A stretch of 64,000 bases of DNA from Nemertoderma westbladi (Eukaryota > Animalia > Xenacoelomorpha): assembly GCA_032718475.1 (NCBI GenBank), contig JAUCBJ010009150.1:1-64000 (forward strand). Reading direction: 5' to 3'. Of the stretch, positions 24,670-40,403 are shown piece after piece. How positions within the stretch are numbered: position 1 is the first letter of the stretch; each line of letters begins with the position of its first letter. Both the position numbers and the translations under genes were made by a program. Under the pieces are notes generated by a model. It saw nothing but the letters and a program-made list of their open reading frames with translations, did no database searches and was not told where the DNA came from.

Positions 24670-26119
24670 CTGTAAGGGTCCGTAAGTCGTTCTCAACATT
24701 ATTGTGGGAATCTGGGAAGCCCAAGTTCGCACGGCGTGGGTTCGTGGATGCCATAGCACGCGTCCCGACCTGGAGAAAACAATTAAGTGAAAATACAAAT
24801 GAACAGTGACAAGTTATTTAAAAATCTCATATAATTAAATATCAATTAAACATCAATAAACACAAACACATATTTAATAATAAACAAACACACCAACACT
24901 TATATAATGTTGGAATGAATAATTACCCGTTGTAACAATAATTGCAAGCCAGACGTCCCAACACTTTAATAAATAATTCATTGCGAACGACTTGCTGGTA
25001 ATGTTGTGAATAAACAGTAAATCTAAACTCTAAATAATCAATTGTAATTAAACTTTAAACCAAAGCGATTTTAAATAAGAAACTTTGTTAAACGTAACTT
25101 ATAATATATTCAGCTACTGAGGAGGCAGCGCTTATTATATATTGGTGTTGGTGTCTGTAATACAAAGCGAACAAATGTCTGGCCATTGACCTTGTGTCTT
25201 TGTGTGAAGCCGCGCTATCCAATAATAAGACGGTATAACAATTATTGGTTGTTCAAGCAAAGGCAATGTATACGTTAATGTATAATAATATGTTGCTTGG
25301 CGTGGGTGGCTGAGGCCTTGGCCTTGGTTGGTTAGTTTCCAGGGTGATATGTTCTAGAATATTAAATTATTTACCTTGAGTGAACCAAACCAACCACCCA
25401 CACAATGCTGAAGCACATCACAATGTATCCCAGCCGTCCAGCCCAGCCCGGCTGGCGCCTCCTACAACACAATGCAAGCAGCTCAGCTCAATATTGCTTG
25501 AAAATTCTCTTGTAAATATTTCCCCCATCAATAAATAATTACACTTGAAATGCACTATAGAGGGGTGGTGAGGTGTTAGCGATGTCGCCCGGTGATTCTG
25601 AGCGTTTTTGGTGATCATTTGCTTAAAATATATTTTTTATGCTCTATCTCGTGGTGTCGGTTAGAACGCGCGAAAATGAAAATCGATGGTCAATTTTGAA
25701 AAAAATCGGAAGTTATTTCGATAAATTATGGCTAATTAACGGAAGGGCTTTTGTGTTGGCAATTTATTATTTAATACAGTTGAATATTTGGCTGAATTGA
25801 AGTTCATTAACCCGGGTAATTAAATTGAAATAACAAGTTATTTTGCAAAATTATGGCTAATTTTGGGAAGGGCTTTTGGAATGGAAATCAAATTTAAATG
25901 AAAGGTGTTCTTAGGAGAATTTGAATTAATAACGAGTGCCCTACATAACGGCGCAGTGCACTTAATAACTAGTGCCCTACAAAACAGCGCATTGCACTTA
26001 ATAACGAGTGCCCTACATAACGGCGCAGTGCACTTTATAACGGTGCAGTGCACTTGATAAAGGTGTAGTGCACTTCATAAAGGTGTTAGTAGTGCACTTC
26101 ATAACGATGCAGTGCACTT

Positions 26120-27230
26120 AATGTTATATGCTATATTTCATGTTATATGCTATAGTACATGCTCTGCGATATGTTATATGGTATGGTATATGCGATATGC
26201 TATAAGCTATATGTCATATGTTATATGTTATGCTATATGCACTGTCATGCTATATGTTATGGCATATACAATGTTATATGCTATATGTTGTTATATGCTA
26301 TATGTTGTTATATGCTATAGTACATGCTAAGCTTAATGCTATGCTATATGCAATTCTATATGCTATGCTATATGTTATATGCTATAGTACATGTTAAGCT
26401 AAATGCTATGCTATATGCAATTCTATATGCTATGCTATATATGTTATATGCTATATGTTATGCTATATGCCACGTTATGCTATATGCTATGTTATATGTC
26501 ATATGCTATATGTTATATAGCCTATGCTATATGCTATATGTTATATGTTATGCTATATGCAATGTCATGCTATATGTTATGGTATATACAATGTTATATG
26601 CTATATGTTGTTATATGCTATAGTACATGCTAAGCTATATGCTATGCTATATGCAATGCTATATGCTATGCTATATGTTATATGATATATGTTATGCTAT
26701 ATGCCACGTTATGATATATGCTATGCTATGCTATATGTCATATGCTATATGTTAAATGTTACATATGCTATATGCCATGTTATGTTATATGCTATAGTAC
26801 ATGCTAAGCTATATGCTCTATGCTATGCTATATGCTATATATCATATGCTATGCTATGCTATGTTATGCTATATGCTATGGTACATCCTATGCTATATGC
26901 TATATGCAATATATCATATGCTATGCTATGCTATGCTATACTATGCTGTGCTATGCTATGCTATGCTATGCTATGCTATGCTATGCTATGCTATGCTATA
27001 TGCTATGGTACATCCTATGCTATATGCAATATATCATATGCTATGCTATGCTATGCTATGCTATGCTATGCTATACTATGCTATACTATGCTATGCTATG
27101 CTATGCTATGCTATGCTATGCTATGCTATGCTATGCTATGCTATGCTATGATATGCTATGCTAAGCTATGCTATGCTATGCTATGCTATGCTATGTTAAG
27201 CTATGATATGCTATGTTATGCTATGCTATG
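26120..27230. repeat. Compound TATGC microsatellite
   Basis: Same motif family. Confidence 0.95.
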
Positions 27231-27935
27231 TTTGTCAAAATGACATTTTGACATGTCATTTTGCAAAAATGTCACTTTCAAATTGACAGTTTGACATGTC
27301 ATTTTGTCAAAATGTAACTTTCAAATTGACAGTTTGACATGTCATTTTGTCAAAATGTCACTTTCAAATTGACATTTTGACATGTCATTTTGCCAAAATG
27401 TCAATTTCAAATTGACAGTTTGACATGTCATTGTGTCGAAATGTCACTTTCAAATTGACATTTTGACATGTCATTTTGCCAAATGTCATTTTCAAGTTGA
27501 CATTTTGACATGTAATTTTGCCAAAATGTCACTTTCGAATTGACATTTTCACATGTCATTTTGCCAAAATGTCAATGTGTCAATATGTCACTTTCAAATT
27601 GACAGTTTGACATGTCATTTTGTCAAAATGTCACTTTCAAATTGACATTTTGACATGTCATTTTGCCAAAATGTAACTTTCAAATTGACAGTTTGACATG
27701 TCATTTTGTCAAAATGTCACTTTCAAATTGACATTTTGACATGTCATTTTGCCAAATGTCATTTTCAAGTTGACATTTTGACATGTAATTTTCCCCCAAA
27801 ATGTAACTTTCGAATTGACATTTTCACATGTCATTTTGCCAAAATGTCAATGTGTCAATATGTCACTTTCAAATTGACAGTTTGACATGTCATTTTGTCA
27901 AAATGTCATTTTCAAATTGACATTTTGACATGTCA
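27231..27935. repeat. 43-bp TGACA minisatellite
   Basis: Same monomer. Confidence 0.95.
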
Positions 27936-27941
27936 TATTTT

Positions 27942-28686
27942 ATGAGATTTAAGGTATTTTTTCTTGAAAAAGCGAACATAACTTTTCTGAGTCCGTTTCT
28001 GTGACATTTAAAGAAAAGTTAACTTGTGATACTTCTTTTAGTGTTAAATTAACAGCAGATTCCAAATACAGTAACCGTTTTTACATATGATTTGTAGTTC
28101 TCGCGATATTTGGGTTCAAACACAACGTTTTTTGATATTTTACGAAATTTAAGGTATTTTTTCTTGAAAAAGCAAACATAACTATATTCCAAGTCCGTTT
28201 CTGTAACATTTAGAGAAAAGTTCACTTGTGATACTTCTTTTAGTGTTAAATTAACAGCAGATTCCAAATACAGTAACCGTTTTTACATATGATTTGTAGT
28301 TCTCGCGATATTTGGGTTCAAACACAACGTTTTTTGATATTTTACGAAATTTAAGGTATTTTTTCTTGAAAAAGCAAACATAACTATTCCCAGTCCGTTT
28401 CTGTAACATTTAGAGAAAAGTTAACTTGTGATACTTCTTTTAGTGTTAAATTAACAGCAGATTCCAAATACAGTAACCGTTTTTACATATGATTTGTAGT
28501 TCTCGCGATATTTGGGTTCAAACACAACGTTTTTTGATATTTTACGAAATTTAAGGTATTTTTTCTTGAAAAAGCAAACATAACTATTCCCAGTCCGTTT
28601 CTGTAACATTTAGAGAAAAGTTAACTTGTGATACTTCTTTTAGTGTTAAATTAACAGCAGATTCCAAATACAGTAACCGTTTTTAC
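27942..28686. repeat. 200-bp satellite, ~3.7 copies
   Basis: Same monomer. Confidence 0.95.
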
Positions 28687-29233
28687 TTAAATTGTAGATT
28701 TTGCAACAAAAATTAAAAAAAAATACGATTTGAGGGAATCACAACAAAACTTTTTAAGTTTAAAACAACCGGTTATGTTAAACATAACGGTAACGTATAA
28801 CGGCATAACGGTACCAAAAATAACTTCATTTTAATAACAAAATAAACGGATAAACAGATGAGTAACCAGAACCCGGTAGCACAAACATACAGATCAGTAA
28901 CAGCAGTATCAACACCAGATTAGCACAAGACTTAATAAGTAAAATGAAAGCCGACTTCCACCACTGGGTACGAACCTATTGCTTAACGAAATGTCCCTAT
29001 TTATAATCGAATATGGTGCGAGCCACAAAGTCTGTGAGCCATAGCATATAGTTGAATGTAGAGCATGCATGGGCCATTGTCAGTCCGTTGAATTGAGATT
29101 GAGAGGGAAAATCATATCATTAGCCAAAATGGAGCCTTCGCAAAACGTTTATCTAATGAACAATGTCTATTATTTGGCCTAGCTAGTACAACTGTATGCC
29201 ACCGTTCACGGACCCCGCCAACCCACCGAGTCC

Positions 29234-29386
29234 CTACAGATCTCCCTTGGGTTCCTCTTGGCCCTCGAAGTATCGTATCTTATCCTTGGGATTGGGGATT
29301 ATGGTAGCGCTGCCCGGCTTCCAGTCGATCGGACAGACGTCCCCGTGCTGGTCCGTGTACTGGAAGGCCTGCACGAGACGCAGGGT
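29234..29386 (-). pseudogene. 2-Cys peroxiredoxin C-terminal fragment, copy 4
   Basis: Translation identical to copy 1. Confidence 0.9.
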
Positions 29387-30640
29387 CTGTAAGGGTCCGT
29401 AAGTCGTTCTCAACATTATTGTGGGAATCTGGGAAGCCCAAGTTCGCACGGCGTGGGTTCGTGGATGCCATAGCACGCGTCCCGACCTGGAGAAAACAAT
29501 TAAGTGAAAATACAAATGAACAGTGACATGTTATTTAAAAATCTCATATAATTAAATATCAATTAAACATCAATAAACACAAACACATATTTAATAATAA
29601 ACAAACACACCAACACTTATATAATGTTGGAATGAATAATTACCCGTTGTAACAATAATTGCAAGCCAGACGTCCCAACACTTTAATAAATAATTCATTG
29701 CGAACGACTTGCTGGTAATGTTGTGAATAAACAGTAAATCTAAACTCTAAATAATCAATTGTAATTAAACTTTAAACCAAAGCGATTTTAAATAAGAAAC
29801 TTTGTTAAACGTAACTTATAATATATTTCAGCTACTGAGGAGGCAGCGCTTATTATATATTGGTGTTGGTGTCTGTAATACAAAGCGAACAAATGTCTGG
29901 CCATTGACCTTGTGTCTTTGTGTGAAGCCGCGCTATCCAATAATAAGACGGTATAACAATTATTGGTTGTTCAAGCAAAGGCAATGTATACGTTAATGTA
30001 TAATAATATGTTGCTTGGCGTGGGTGGCTGAGGCCTTGGCCTTGGTTGGTTAGTTTCCAGGGTGATTGTTCTAGAATATTAAATTATTTACCTTGAGTGA
30101 ACCAAACCAACCACCCACACAATGCTGAAGCACAGCGTTGTATCCCAGCCGTCCAGCCCAGCCCGGCTGGCGCCTCCTACAACACAATGCAAGCAGCTCA
30201 GCTCAATATTGCTTGAAAATTCTCTTGTAAATATTTTCCAACTCAATAAATAATTACACTTGAAATGCACTATAGAGGGGTGGGGAGGTGTTAGCGATGT
30301 CGCCAGGCGATTCTAACTGTTTTTGGGGATCATTTCCTTAAAATATATTTTTTATGCTCTATCTCGTGGTGTCGGTTAGAACGCGCGAAAATGAAAATCG
30401 ATGCTCATTTTTGAAAAAAATCGGAAGTTATTTCGATAAATTATGGCTAATTAACGGAAGGGCTTTTGTGTTGGCAATTTATTATTTAATACAGTTGAAT
30501 ATTTGGCTGAATTGAAGTTCATTAACCCGGATAATTAAATTAAAATGACAAATTATTTCGGTAAATTATGGCTAATTTTGGGAAGGGCTTTTGGAATGGA
30601 AATCAAATTTAAATGAAAGGTGTTCTTAGGAGAATTTGAA

Positions 30641-31036
30641 TTAATAACGAGTGCCCTACATAACGGCGCAGTGCACTTAATAACGAGTGCACTACATAAC
30701 GGCGCAGTGCACTTAATAACGAGTGCCCTACATAACAGCGCAGTGCACTTAATAACGAGTGCACTACATAACGGCGCAGTGCACTTAATAACGAGTGCCC
30801 TACATAACGGCGCAGTGCACTTAATAACGAGTGCACTACATAACGGCGCAGTGCATTTAATAACTAGTGCCCTACATAACAGCGCATTGCACTTAATAAC
30901 GAGTGCACTACATAACGGCGCAGTGCACTTAATAACGAGTGCACTACATAACGGCGCAGTGCACTTAATAACTAGTGCCCTACATAACAGCGCAGTGCAC
31001 TTAATAACGAGTGCCCTACATAACGGCGCAGTGCAC
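30641..31036. repeat. 36-bp GTGCAC repeat expanded to 11 copies
   Basis: Exact 36-bp period with no spacers. Confidence 0.95.
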
Positions 31037-31123
31037 TTTATAACGGTGCAGTGCACTTGATAAAGATGTAGTGCACTTCATAAAGGTGTTAGTAGTGCAC
31101 TTCATAACGATGCAGTGCACTTA

Positions 31124-33008
31124 ATGTTATATGCTATATTTCATGTTATATGCTATAGTACATGCTCTGCGATATGCTATATGGTATGGTATATGCTATG
31201 TTATGCTATATGCTATATTCTATAAGCTATATGTCATATGTTATATGTTATGCTATATGCAATGTCATGCTATATGTTATGGTATATACAATGTTATATG
31301 CTATATGTTGTTATATGCTATAGTACATGCTAAGCTTAATGCTATGCTATATGCAATTCTATATGCTATGCTATATGTTATATGCTATAGTACATGCTAA
31401 GCTAAATGCTATGCTATATGCAATTCTATATGCTATGCTATATGTTATATGCTATATGTTATGCTATATGCCACGTTATGCTATATGTCATATGCTATAT
31501 GTTATATAGCCTATGCTATATGCTATATGTTATATGTTATGCTATATGCAATGTCATGCTATATGTTATGGTATATACAATGTTATATGCTATATGTTGT
31601 TATATGCTATAGTACATGCTAAGCTTAATGCTATGCTATATGTAATTCTATATGCTATGCTATATGTTATATGCTATAGTACATGCTAAGCTAAATGCTA
31701 TGCTATATGCAATTCTATATGCTATGCTATATGTTATATGCTATATGTTATGCTATATGCCACGTTATGCTATATGCTATGCTATATGCTGTAGGCTATG
31801 CTATCATATGTTATGGTATATACAATGTTATATGCTATATGTTGTTATATGCTATAGTACATGCTAAGCTATATGCTATGCTATATGCAATGCTATATGC
31901 TATGCTATATGTTATATGATATATGTTATGCTATATGCCACGTTATGATATATGCTATGCTATGCTATATGTCATATGCTATATGTTAAATGTTATGCTA
32001 TATGCCATGTTATGTTATATGCTATAGTACATGCTAAGCTATATGCTCTATGCTATGCTATATGCTATATATCATATGCTATATGCTATGGCACATCCTA
32101 TGCTATATGCTATATATCATATGCTATGCTATGCTATGCTATACTATGCTATGGTGTGCTATGCTATGCTATGCTATGCTATTCTATGATATGCTATGCC
32201 ATGCTATGCTATGCTATACTATGCTATATGCTATGGTACATCCTATGCTATATGCTATATGCAATATATCATATGCTATGCTATGCTATGCTATGCTATG
32301 CTATGCTATACTATACTATGTTATGCTATGCTATGCTATGCTATGCTATGCTATGTTAAGCTATGATATGCTATGTTATGCTATGCTATGCTGTTCTATG
32401 ATATGCTATGCTATGCTATGCTATATGCTATGGTACATCCTATGCTATATGCTATATGCAATATATCATATGCTATGCTATGCTATGCTATGCTATGCTA
32501 TGCTATGCTATACTATACTATGCTATGCTATGCTATGCTATGCTATGCTATTCTATGATATGCTATGCTATGCTATATGCTATGGTACATCCTATGCTAT
32601 ATGCTATATGCAATATATCATATGCTATGCTATGCTATGCTATGCTATGCTATACTATGCTATACTATGTCTATGCTATGCTATGCTATGCTATGCTATG
32701 CTATGCTATGCTATGCTATGCTATGCTATGTTAAGCTATGCTATGCTATGCTGTTCTATGATATGCTATGATATGCTATGCTATGCTATGCTATATGCTA
32801 TGGTTCATCCTATGCTATATGCTATATGCAATATATCATATGCTATGCTATGCTATGCTATGCTATGCTATGCTATGCTATGCTATGATATGCTATGCTA
32901 TGCTATGCTATGCTATGCTATGCTATGCTATGCTATGCTATTGTATGCTATGACTATGCTATGCTATGCTATGTTAAGCTATGATATGCTATGTTATGCT
33001 ATGCTATG
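31124..33008. repeat. Compound TATGC microsatellite, long form
   Basis: Internal higher-order blocks marked by GGTACATCC and GCAATTCTA. Confidence 0.95.
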
Positions 33009-33857
33009 TTTGTCAAAATGACATTTTGACATGTCATTTTGCAAAAATGTCACTTTCAAATTGACAGTTTGACATGTCATTTTGTCAAAATGTCACTTTC
33101 AAATTGACATTTTGACATGTCATTTTGCCAAATGTCATTTTCAAGTTGACATTTTGACATGTAATTTTGCCAAAATGTCACTTTCGAATTGACATTTTCA
33201 CATGTCATTTTGCCAAAATGTCAATGTGTCAATATGTCACTTTCAAATTGACAGTTTGACATGTCATTTTGTAAAATGTCACTTTCAAATTGACATTTTG
33301 ACATGTTATTTCGCCAAAATGTCACTTTCAAATTGACATTTTGACATGTCAATTTGCCAAAATGTCATTTTCAAGTTGACATTTTGACATGTCATTTTGT
33401 CAAAATGTCATTTTCAAATTGACATTTTGACATGTCATTTTGTCAAAATGTCATTTTCAAATTGACATTTTGACATGTCATTTTGCCAAAATGTCACTTT
33501 CGAATTGACATTTTCACATGTCATTTTGCCAAAATGTCAATGTGTCAATATGTCACTTTCAAATTGACAGTTTGACATGTCATTTTGTAAAATGTCACTT
33601 TCAAATTGACATTTTGACATGTCATTTCGCCAAAATGTCACTTTCAAATTGACATTTTGACATGTCATTTTGCCAAAATGTCATTTTCAAGTTGACATTT
33701 TGACATGTCATTTTCCCCCAAAATGTCACTTTCGAATTGACATTTTCACATGTCATTTTGCCAAAATGTCAATGTGTCAATATGTCACTTTCAAATTGAC
33801 AGTTTGACATGTCATTTTGTCAAAATGTCATTTTCAAATTGACATTTTGACATGTCA
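33009..33857. repeat. 43-bp TGACA minisatellite
   Basis: Same monomer. Confidence 0.95.
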
Positions 33858-33863
33858 TATTTT

Positions 33864-35206
33864 ATGAGATTTAAGGTATTTTTTCTTGAAAAAGCGAACA
33901 TAACTTTTCTGAGTCCGTTTCTGTGACATTTAAAGAAAAGTTCACTTGTGATACTTCTTTTAGTGTTAAATTAACAGCAGATTCCAAATACAGTAACCGT
34001 TTTTACATATGATTTGTAGTTCTCGCGATATTTGGGTTCAAACACAACGTTTTTTGATATTTTACGAAATTTAAGGTATTTTTTCTTGAAAAAGCATACA
34101 TAACTATTCCCAGTCCGTTTCTGTAACATTTAGAGAAAAGTTCACTTGTGATACTTCTTTTAGTGTTAAATTAACAGCAGATTCCAAATACAGTAACCGT
34201 TTTTACATATGATTTGTAGTTCTCGCGATATTTGGGTTCAAACACAACGTTTTTTTATATTTTACGAAATTTAAGGTATTTTTTCTTGAAAAAGCAAACA
34301 TAACTATTCCCAGTCCGTTTCTGTAACATTTAGAGAAAAGTTAACTTGTGATACTTCTTTTAGTGTTAAATTAACAGCAGATTCCAAATACAGTAACCGT
34401 TTTTACATATGATTTGTAGTTCTCGCGATATTTGGGTTCAAACACAACGTTTTTTGATATTTTACGAAATTTAAGGTATTTTTTCTTGAAAAAGCAAACA
34501 TAACTATTCCCAGTCCGTTTCTGTAACATTTAGAGAAAAGTTAACTTGTGATACTTCTTTTAGTGTTAAATTAACAGCAGATTCCAAATACAGTAACCGT
34601 TTTTACATATGATTTGTAGTTCTCGCGATATTTGGGTTCAAACACAACGTTTTTTGATATTTTACGAAATTTAAGGTATTTTTTCTTGAAAAAGCAGACA
34701 TAACTATTCCCAGTCCGTTTCTGTAACATTTAGAGAAAAGTTCACTTGTGATACTTCTTTTAGTGTTAAATTAACAGCAGATTCCAAATACAGTAACCGT
34801 TTTTACATATGATTTGTAGTTCTCGCGATATTTGGGTTCAAACACAACGTTTTTTGATATTTTACGAAATTTAAGGTATTTTTTCTTGAAAAAGCAGACA
34901 TAACTATTCCCAGTCCGTTTCTGTAACATTTAGAGAAAAGTTCACTTGTGATACTTCTTTTAGTGTTAAATTAACAGCAGATTCCAAATACAGTAACCGT
35001 TTTTACATATGATTTGTAGTTCTCGCGATATTTGGGTTCAAACACAACGTTTTTTGATATTTTACGAAATTTAAGGTATTTTTTCTTGAAAAAGCAGACA
35101 TAACTATTCCCAGTCCGTTTCTGTAACATTTAGAGAAAAGTTCACTTGTGATACTTCTTTTAGTGTTAAATTAACAGCAGATTCCAAATACAGTAACCGT
35201 TTTTAC
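33864..35206. repeat. 200-bp satellite, ~6.7 copies
   Basis: Same monomer. Confidence 0.95.
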
Positions 35207-35753
35207 TTAAATTGTAGATTTTGCAACAAAAATTAAAAAAAAATACGATTTGAGGGAATCACAACAAAACTTTTTAAGTTTAAAACAACCGGTTATGTTA
35301 AACATAACGGTAACGTATAACGGCATAACGGTACCAAAAATAACTTCATTTTAATAACAAAATAAACGGATAAACAGATGAGTAACCAGAACCCGGTAGC
35401 ACAAACATACAGATCAGTAACAGCAGTATCAACACCAGATTAGCACAAGACTTAATAAGTAAAATGAAAGCCGACTTCCACCACTGGGTACGAACCTATT
35501 GCTTAACGAAATGTCCCTATTTATAATCGAATATGGTGCGAGCCACAAAGTCTGTGAGCCATAGCATATAGTTGAATGTAGAGCATGCATGGGCCATTGT
35601 CAGTCCGTTGAATTGAGATTTAGAGGGAAAATCATATCATTAGCCAAAATGGAGCCTTCGCAAAACGTTTATCTAATGAACAATGTCTATTATTTGGCCT
35701 AGCTAGTACAACTGTATGCCACCGTTCACGGACCCCGCCAACCCACCGAGTCC

Positions 35754-35906
35754 CTACAGATCTCCCTTGGGTTCCTCTTGGCCCTCGAAGTATCGTATCT
35801 TATCCTTGGGATTGGGGATTATGGTAGCGCTGCCCGGCTTCCAGTCGATCGGACAGACGTCCCCGTGCTGGTCCGTGTACTGGAAGGCCTGCACGAGACG
35901 CAGGGT
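35754..35906 (-). pseudogene. 2-Cys peroxiredoxin C-terminal fragment, copy 5
   Basis: Translation identical to copy 1. Confidence 0.9.
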
Positions 35907-37156
35907 CTGTAAGGGTCCGTAAGTCGTTCTCAACATTATTGTGGGAATCTGGGAAGCCCAAGTTCGCACGGCGTGGGTTCGTGGATGCCATAGCACGCGT
36001 CCCGACCTGGAGAAAACAATTAAGTGAAAATACAAATGAACAGTGACATGTTATTTAAAAATCTCATATAATTAAATATCAATTAAACATCAATAAACAC
36101 AAACACATATTTAATAATAAACAAACACACCAACACTTATATAATGTAGGAATGAATAATTACCCGTTGTAACAATAATTGCAAGCCAGACGTCCCAACA
36201 CTTTAATAAATAATTCATTGCGAACGACTTGCTGGTAATGTTGTGAATAAACAGTAAATCTAAACTCTAAATAATCAATTGTAATTAAACTTTAAACCAG
36301 AGCGATTTTAAATAAGAAACTTTGTTAAACGTAACTTATAATATATTCAGCTACTGAGGAAGCAGCGCTTATTATATATTGGTGTTGGTGTCTGTAATAC
36401 AAAGCGAACAAATGTCTGGCCATTGACCTTGTGTCTTTGTGTGAAGCCGCGCTATCCAATAATAAGACGGTATAACAATTATTGGTTGTTCAAGCAAAGG
36501 CAATGTATACGTTAATGTATAATAATATGTTGCTTGGCGTGGGTGGCTGAGGCCTTGGCCTTGGTTGGTTAGTTTCCAGGGTGATTGTTCTAGAATATTA
36601 AATTATTTACCTTGAGTGAACCAAACCAACCACCCACACAATGCTGAAGCACATTGTATCCCAGCCGTCCAGCCCAGCCCGGCTGGCGCCTCCTACAACA
36701 CAATGCAAGCAGCTCAGCTCAATATTGCTTGAAAATTCTCTTGTAAATATTTTCCAACTCAATAAATAATTACACTTGAAATGCACTATAGAGGGGTGGG
36801 GAGGTGTTAGCGGTGTCGCCAGGCGATTCTAACTGTTTTTGGGGATCATTTCCTTAAAATATATTTTTTATGCTCTATCTCGTGGTGTCGGTTAGAACGC
36901 GCGAAAATGAAAATCGATGCTCATTTTTGAAAAAAATCGGAAGTTATTTCGATAAATTATGGCTAATTAACGGAAGGGCTTTTGTGTTGGCAATTTATTA
37001 TTTAATACAGTTGAATATTTGGCTGAATTGAAGTTCATTAACCCGGATAATTAAATTAAAATGACAAATTATTTCGGTAAATTATGGCTAATTTTGGGAA
37101 GGGCTTTTGGAATGGAAATCAAATTTAAATGAAAGGTGTTCTTAGGAGAATTTGAA

Positions 37157-37552
37157 TTAATAACGAGTGCCCTACATAACGGCGCAGTGCACTTAATAAC
37201 GAGTGCACTACATAACGGCGCAGTGCACTTAATAACGAGTGCCCTACATAACAGCGCAGTGCACTTAATAACGAGTGCACTACATAACGGCGCAGTGCAC
37301 TTAATAACGAGTGCCCTACATAACGGCGCAGTGCACTTAATAACGAGTGCACTACATAACGGCGCAGTGCATTTAATAACTAGTGCCCTACATAACAGCG
37401 CATTGCACTTAATAACGAGTGCACTACATAACGGCGCAGTGCACTTAATAACGAGTGCACTACATAACGGCGCAGTGCACTTAATAACTAGTGCCCTACA
37501 TAACAGCGCAGTGCACTTAATAACGAGTGCCCTACATAACGGCGCAGTGCAC
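37157..37552. repeat. 36-bp GTGCAC repeat, 11 copies
   Basis: Same variant order as the block at 30641. Confidence 0.95.
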
Positions 37553-37639
37553 TTTATAACGGTGCAGTGCACTTGATAAAGATGTAGTGCACTTCATAAA
37601 GGTGTTAGTAGTGCACTTCATAACGATGCAGTGCACTTA

Positions 37640-39548
37640 ATGTTATATGCTATATTTCATGTTATATGCTATAGTACATGCTCTGCGATATGCTATATGG
37701 TATGGTATATGCTATGTTATGCTATATGCTATATTCTATAAGCTATATGTCATATGTTATATGTTATGCTATATGCAATGTCATGCTATATGTTATGGTA
37801 TATACAATGTTATATGCTATATGTTGTTATATGCTATAGTACATGCTAAGCTTAATGCTATGCTATATGCAATTCTATATGCTATGCTATATGTTATATG
37901 CTATAGTACATGCTAAGCTAAATGCTATGCTATATGCAATTCTATATGCTATGCTATATGTTATATGCTATATGTTATGCTATATGCCACGTTATGCTAT
38001 ATGTCATATGCTATATGTTATATAGCCTATGCTATATGCTATATGTTATATGTTATGCTATATGCAATGTCATGCTATATGTTATGGTATATACAATGTT
38101 ATATGCTATATGTTGTTATATGCTATAGTACATGCTAAGCTTAATGCTATGCTATATGTAATTCTATATGCTATGCTATATGTTATATGCTATAGTACAT
38201 GCTAAGCTAAATGCTATGCTATATGCAATTCTATATGCTATGCTATATGTTATATGCTATATGTTATGCTATATGCCACGTTATGCTATATGCTATGCTA
38301 TATGCTGTAGGCTATGCTATCATATGTTATGGTATATACAATGTTATATGCTATATGTTGTTATATGCTATAGTACATGCTAAGCTATATGCTATGCTAT
38401 ATGCAATGCTATATGCTATGCTATATGTTATATGATATATGTTATGCTATATGCCACGTTATGATATATGCTATGCTATGCTATATGTCATATGCTATAT
38501 GTTAAATGTTATGCTATATGCCATGTTATGTTATATGCTATAGTACATGCTAAGCTATATGCTCTATGCTATGCTATATGCTATATATCATATGCTATAT
38601 GCTATGGCACATCCTATGCTATATGCTATATATCATATGCTATGCTATGCTATACTATGCTATGGTGTGCTATGCTATGCTATGCTATGCTATTCTATGA
38701 TATGCTATGCCATGCTATGCTATGCTATACTATGCTATATGCTATGGTACATCCTATGCTATATGCTATATGCAATATATCATATGCTATGCTATGCTAT
38801 GCTATGCTATGCTATGCTATGCTATACTATACTATGTTATGCTATGCTATGCTATGCTATGCTATGCTATGTTAAGCTATGATATGCTATGTTATGCTAT
38901 GCTATGCTGTTCTATGATATGCTATGCTATGCTATGCTATGCTATATGCTATGGTACATCCTATGCTATATGCTATATGCAATATATCATATGCTATGCT
39001 ATGCTATGCTATGCTATGCTATGCTATGCTATACTATACTATGCTATGCTATGCTATGCTATGCTATGCTATGCTATTCTATGATATGCTATGCTATGCT
39101 ATATGCTATGGTACATCCTATGCTATATGCTATATGCAATATATCATATGCTATGCTATGCTATGCTATGCTATGCTATACTATGCTATACTATGTTATG
39201 CTATGCTATGCTATGCTATGCTATGCTATGCTATGCTATGCTATGCTATGCTATGCTATGCTATGCTATGCTATGCTATGCTATGTTAAGCTATGCTATG
39301 CTATGCTGTTCTATGATATGCTATGATATGCTATGCTATGCTATGCTATATGCTATGGTTCATCCTATGCTATATGCTATATGCAATATATCATATGCTA
39401 TGCTATGCTATGCTATGCTATGCTATGCTATGCTATGCATATGCTATGCTATGCTATGCTATGCTATGCTATGCTATGCTATTGTATGCTATGATATGCT
39501 ATGCTATGCTATGTTAAGCTATGATATGCTATGTTATGCTATGCTATG
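37640..39548. repeat. Compound TATGC microsatellite, long form
   Basis: Near copy of the block at 31124. Confidence 0.95.
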
Positions 39549-40397
39549 TTTGTCAAAATGACATTTTGACATGTCATTTTGCAAAAATGTCACTTTCAAA
39601 TTGACAGTTTGACATGTCATTTTGTCAAAATGTCACTTTCAAATTGACATTTTGACATGTCATTTTGCCAAATGTCATTTTCAAGTTGACATTTTGACAT
39701 GTAATTTTGCCAAAATGTCACTTTCGAATTGACATTTTCACATGTCATTTTGCCAAAATGTCAATGTGTCAATATGTCACTTTCAAATTGACAGTTTGAC
39801 ATGTCATTTTGTAAAATGTCACTTTCAAATTGACATTTTGACATGTTATTTCGCCAAAATGTCACTTTCAAATTGACATTTTGACATGTCAATTTGCCAA
39901 AATGTCATTTTCAAGTTGACATTTTGACATGTCATTTTGTCAAAATGTCATTTTCAAATTGACATTTTGACATGTCATTTTGTCAAAATGTCATTTTCAA
40001 ATTGACATTTTGACATGTCATTTTGCCAAAATGTCACTTTCGAATTGACATTTTCACATGTCATTTTGCCAAAATGTCAATGTGTCAATATGTCACTTTC
40101 AAATTGACAGTTTGACATGTCATTTTGTAAAATGTCACTTTCAAATTGACATTTTGACATGTCATTTCGCCAAAATGTCACTTTCAAATTGACATTTTGA
40201 CATGTCATTTTGCCAAAATGTCATTTTCAAGTTGACATTTTGACATGTAATTTTCCCCCAAAATGTCACTTTCGAATTGACATTTTCACATGTCATTTTG
40301 CCAAAATGTCAATGTGTCAATATGTCACTTTCAAATTGACAGTTTGACATGTCATTTTGTCAAAATGTCATTTTCAAATTGACATTTTGACATGTCA
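39549..40397. repeat. 43-bp TGACA minisatellite
   Basis: Same monomer and same length as the block at 33009. Confidence 0.95.
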
Positions 40398-40403
40398 TAT
40401 TTT

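Noticed and set aside
28049-28267. 72-aa ORF MESAVNL (also at 58842 and 63564)
   Set aside because: Created by a 2-bp insertion in a 200-bp satellite monomer.
30641-31036. CRISPR-like 36-bp repeat (and 43-bp palindromic repeat)
   Set aside because: The monomers abut with no unique spacers, there are no cas genes, and the context is eukaryotic.
30553-31060. ORFs with 12-aa repeats (LITSALHNGAVH, VIKCTAPLCRAL)
   Set aside because: By-product of the 36-bp repeat, open on both strands and present only where the repeat has expanded.
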